Positions 61,325 to 64,000 of a DNA stretch of 64,000 nt are shown piece by piece. Position 1 is the first letter of the stretch, and every line of letters begins with the position of its first letter. The stretch lies in the NCBI GenBank assembly GCA_963769935.1, contig CAVYNY010000010.1, forward strand, positions 480,001-544,000. The letters run 5' to 3'. Source of the DNA: an uncultured delta proteobacterium (lineage in GTDB: Bacteria; Desulfobacterota; Desulfobacteria; Desulfobacterales; JAFDCJ01). The position numbers were made by a program, and so were the translations under genes. The notes under the pieces were generated by a model. It was not told where the DNA came from. It saw only the letters and a program-made list of their open reading frames with translations, and searched no databases.

Positions 61325-62248
61325 TTAACCTCCGGATCGTTTCCATCTGTTAATAAATGTTCTGGAGACCGTATATACAATTTGAGAACCTGCAAACAGC
61401 AACTTCAAGATCAATATCACCAATAGTTTACAGAAGTTTAAGAAAGCTTTTAATTTTTCTTTTGGATCACCTTTGTTCACAATTACTGGTTTAATATTTA
61501 TACCGGCATCATACACTTTGTGGTCAACAACGACGTATTTGGTGCCGGTTCTATTTAAATCTTTTTCCTCTCCCAACCTTCTACATATAGCACCTGTATT
61601 TGAATAATAAATGGCGTAGCTCGGGCAGAAATATTCGGTTCTCTCCCAGTCCGTCAATCGATTCAGCTGTTGCCTAAACTCGCTCTTCATAAGGCTGGAC
61701 AGTTCGGTTGCACCGGCTTCAAGAAACAAAATGCTTCCCTTTATATGACATCGTCCCTTTTTTAGGCTGCCTAAACCGCCGGGAGATTTCCAAAAGAATT
61801 GGCCATTATTGATTTCTGTGATTTCATACCGACCCAGTTTATAGGAAATAGGTGCTGTCGTATCTGCCCTGATCGATTTGCGCGTGGCTTTAGGTGCCTT
61901 TTTTTGAATTAATTCATTTTTTCGAAGAATAGCCTTGTCTTGCAGCCGGCTTTTCACTCCTGCAAAAAGTGGTTTTCTGCTGACGGGTTGACATTTGAAA
62001 ATTTTGTAGCTTGCACAGTAGTATTTAGTTTTTTCCCATTTCGGCAGTTTGTTGAGATGATCAAGAAACTCTCCTTTTAAAAATCCCGGCGCCGCAATAT
62101 CGTTTGGTTCTATGAACAGGATATCTTCATTTATGAAGCACTTTCCACTCTTCAAAGAACCTAAACCAATATGGGTTTCCCACCACAAGTCACCGTGATT
62201 GTTTTCGATAATTTTATAATCAGCCAGTCTGTAAGCAGTGTTTTGCAT
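61325..62248 (-). CDS. Hypothetical protein with a duplicated ~80-aa domain
   Basis: GLGSLKSGKC...WEKTKYYC and GLGSLKKGRC...WERTEYFC; RBS ggagg. Confidence 0.7.
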   Translation of the reverse strand: MQNTAYRLADYKIIENNHGDLWWETHIGLGSLKSGKCFINEDILFIEPNDIAAPGFLKGEFLDHLNKLPKWEKTKYYCASYKIFKCQPVSRKPLFAGVKSRLQDKAILRKNELIQKKAPKATRKSIRADTTAPISYKLGRYEITEINNGQFFWKSPGGLGSLKKGRCHIKGSILFLEAGATELSSLMKSEFRQQLNRLTDWERTEYFCPSYAIYYSNTGAICRRLGEEKDLNRTGTKYVVVDHKVYDAGINIKPVIVNKGDPKEKLKAFLNFCKLLVILILKLLFAGSQIVYTVSRTFINRWKRSGG

Positions 62249-62362
62249 CGCTTGTCTGTCACACCTCCAATTATTGGTACCAAATTCTGAACAGGAAAGC
62301 AGATGGTTCCCAAATAGCTCCCGTTCAGACTCGCTAATGTGCAGCTCCGGTTTGCAAAGGAA

Positions 62363-62776
62363 TCATAAAAGAAGAGAAAGATTTCGCAGATATGCTGGTG
62401 GAAATTGAACTTTTACGTATTCATTCGGGCGTGAGAAAAAAATTCTTATGAAATTGACGTTGGGCTGGTAATCCGAAAAATTAAATAAAATTGTCGGGCT
62501 ATTAAATATATCCAATTTTGCCGTCGAGGGGGCGGAGTTTGACAGCTTGATTCTTTGTACATCCTCTACATTACAGCTTGTACACTGGGTTCCTGAACAG
62601 CGGTTATGAAATGGAAAACACTGCCCTGCCTGTGCTGTACCTTGAGGACCATGCCGACAAGCTTCCCCACAAAAACACGCCTGGGGCAACAGACTGTTTG
62701 CAAAGAGACCTATGATGAAAAATTTAATAAAAAACAACCTGAATATTTTTACATTTCTCAACAGATTTATCTCCAT
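62363..62776 (-). CDS. Cys-rich hypothetical protein
   Basis: Hydrophobic N-terminus; CFCGEAC...CFPFHNRC...CTSC. Confidence 0.5.
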   Translation of the reverse strand: MEINLLRNVKIFRLFFIKFFIIGLFANSLLPQACFCGEACRHGPQGTAQAGQCFPFHNRCSGTQCTSCNVEDVQRIKLSNSAPSTAKLDIFNSPTILFNFSDYQPNVNFIRIFFSRPNEYVKVQFPPAYLRNLSLLL

Positions 62777-63052
62777 ATTTTAATCCATCAAGAAAGCCGC
62801 CGGATCACCATACCATAGTCAGTTGTTTTATATACCACGTTTGCAGGATGGTATTCAAGACACAACTCACGATTTCAAAACCCAACACCTGCGGCAGACG
62901 GGTTTACGTTCAACATCTATATAGACTTCTTGACTATTTGTTTACCCTGACATAGGAATACTTAGTAGATTTATCCAACGTTAAGGTAAAATCAATATGT
63001 CAGAAGAAATTGAGAGGAAAATTCCCCCATCCGTCAAGTCCTCCCATAGCGG

Positions 63053-63382
63053 GTGAAAACATATGCCAACCAACACAATGCCTTTGTAACCGCAGGCGTC
63101 GATGCAACCCTGCTCCAGCAGGGACCTGTTGAAGCAATTGTGGAACGGATCAAATTGTATATCGATAAAATGGCAAGAGATGGCCGCTGCATGCTTCACC
63201 TCAACCAGATACCGGCGGATACCCCGCCGCAGCATATTCACGCCGCGGTAGCAGCCTACCATACCTATGGCAGACACCCCATTCCCGATAATCCGGAGAA
63301 CATCCATTTCGAAATGCCGCAAAGAGAAAGCTTTGCAGAATTTATGGAAAACAAAGGAGTAAAAAATGATCGTTCAAGCTAA
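63053..63382 (+). pseudogene. C-terminal fragment of URO-D/MtaA-CmuA family protein
   Basis: AGVDATLL..GP.E.I....IPADTPPQHIHA; N-terminal part absent. Confidence 0.55.
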
Positions 63383-63845
63383 ACCCTTGACTCCCGATGC
63401 TTTTGCGCCCTTCGGGCAGGTTTTGATGGGGCCCGGTAAAGGCCCGGAACGCTATGCCTTTGCCGCCCGCATGCAAAATGAACGCGCCGCGGCCCGGCCG
63501 AATATGACCTTTATGCGGGTAAATCCCGCAGCGCGACCGATTCGGATCAAGAGCCTCGAGCGCCATGTCTACTCCAACCAAACCTTCATTCCGTTGAACG
63601 GCACCGGCCAGCTGGTAGCCGTGTGCCCTTCCGACGGGCAAGGACGGCCCATGCTCGAACGGCTCCTCGCTTTCGTTGCGACAGGCGCCCAGGCCGTCAA
63701 CTACAATGCCAATACATGGCATGCACCCCGAACGGCCATCCGGGGGCCGGGTGAATTCATCATGTTTCGCTGGGACGACGGCACCGACCAGGATACCGAA
63801 AGTTGGCCGCTGGAAGAGACCATCAAGATTGCCCTTGCGAAGTAG
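63366..63845 (+). CDS. allA: Ureidoglycolate lyase family
   Basis: PLTPDAFAPFG, LERH..SNQTFIP, VNYNANTWH. Confidence 0.85.
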   Translation: MIVQAKPLTPDAFAPFGQVLMGPGKGPERYAFAARMQNERAAARPNMTFMRVNPAARPIRIKSLERHVYSNQTFIPLNGTGQLVAVCPSDGQGRPMLERLLAFVATGAQAVNYNANTWHAPRTAIRGPGEFIMFRWDDGTDQDTESWPLEETIKIALAK

Positions 63846-63927
63846 AGTAATCATAGCTAAACAAACACAATGTTTGGCGCCAAATATTAAACAATTAAGA
63901 TGTGACCCTGTTACGTTAGGAGAGGAC

Positions 63928-64000
63928 ATGCAGATCACGTTGCCAGACCGTAAAAAAATCCTCACCACAGGCTGCGCCATGCTGTGGTTCTGGCTTCTTT
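63928..64000 (+). CDS. Start of an exported or membrane protein, truncated by window edge
   Basis: RBS ggagagga; MQITLPDRKKILTTGCAMLWFWLL. Confidence 0.45.
   Translation, partial: MQITLPDRKKILTTGCAMLWFWLL

Overview
64 kb of bacterial DNA, most consistent with a Desulfobacterota (Desulfobacterales-like) chromosome; this is inferred from gene content, sigma54 regulation and intergenic repeat types. (1) 1-12.5 kb is an accessory region: a RAYT pseudogene, an intact-looking IS1634, a deleted IS1182, an IS4 end, three toxin-antitoxin modules (MazEF, HipBA-like, Doc-like), a GC-rich G1 glutamic peptidase, a YjhP-like methyltransferase, and integron attC-like sites with no integrase in the window. 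(2) 12.7-19.3 kb is a TetR-RND efflux operon. (3) 19.7-45.1 kb is a ~25 kb sigma54 signalling and transport cluster. It holds four Cache-type sensor kinases (one lacking the phospho-His), six receiver proteins including one NtrC-type activator, an orphan binding protein, TSUP, DASS and Ca/Na transporters, a CoA transferase, and an apparently fused GNAT acetyltransferase-HDAC deacetylase gene. The cluster with its GNAT-HDAC fusion is the best candidate for an undescribed system. (4) 46.7-53.1 kb is a tungsten/molybdenum cluster (MoSto-like protein, PadR, TiaS-like protein, tupABC, HTH-PBP regulator). (5) 53-64 kb holds a racemase, a NorR-hemerythrin-qNOR module, a DEAD-box helicase with a terminator in its leader, a diheme cytochrome c and miscellaneous genes. 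Many frameshifts between 22.9 and 32.8 kb are nearly all +1 and are probably sequencing errors, so gene reconstructions there need confirmation. No rRNA, tRNA or CRISPR array was recognised. All family assignments come from motif recognition by eye, not database searches.
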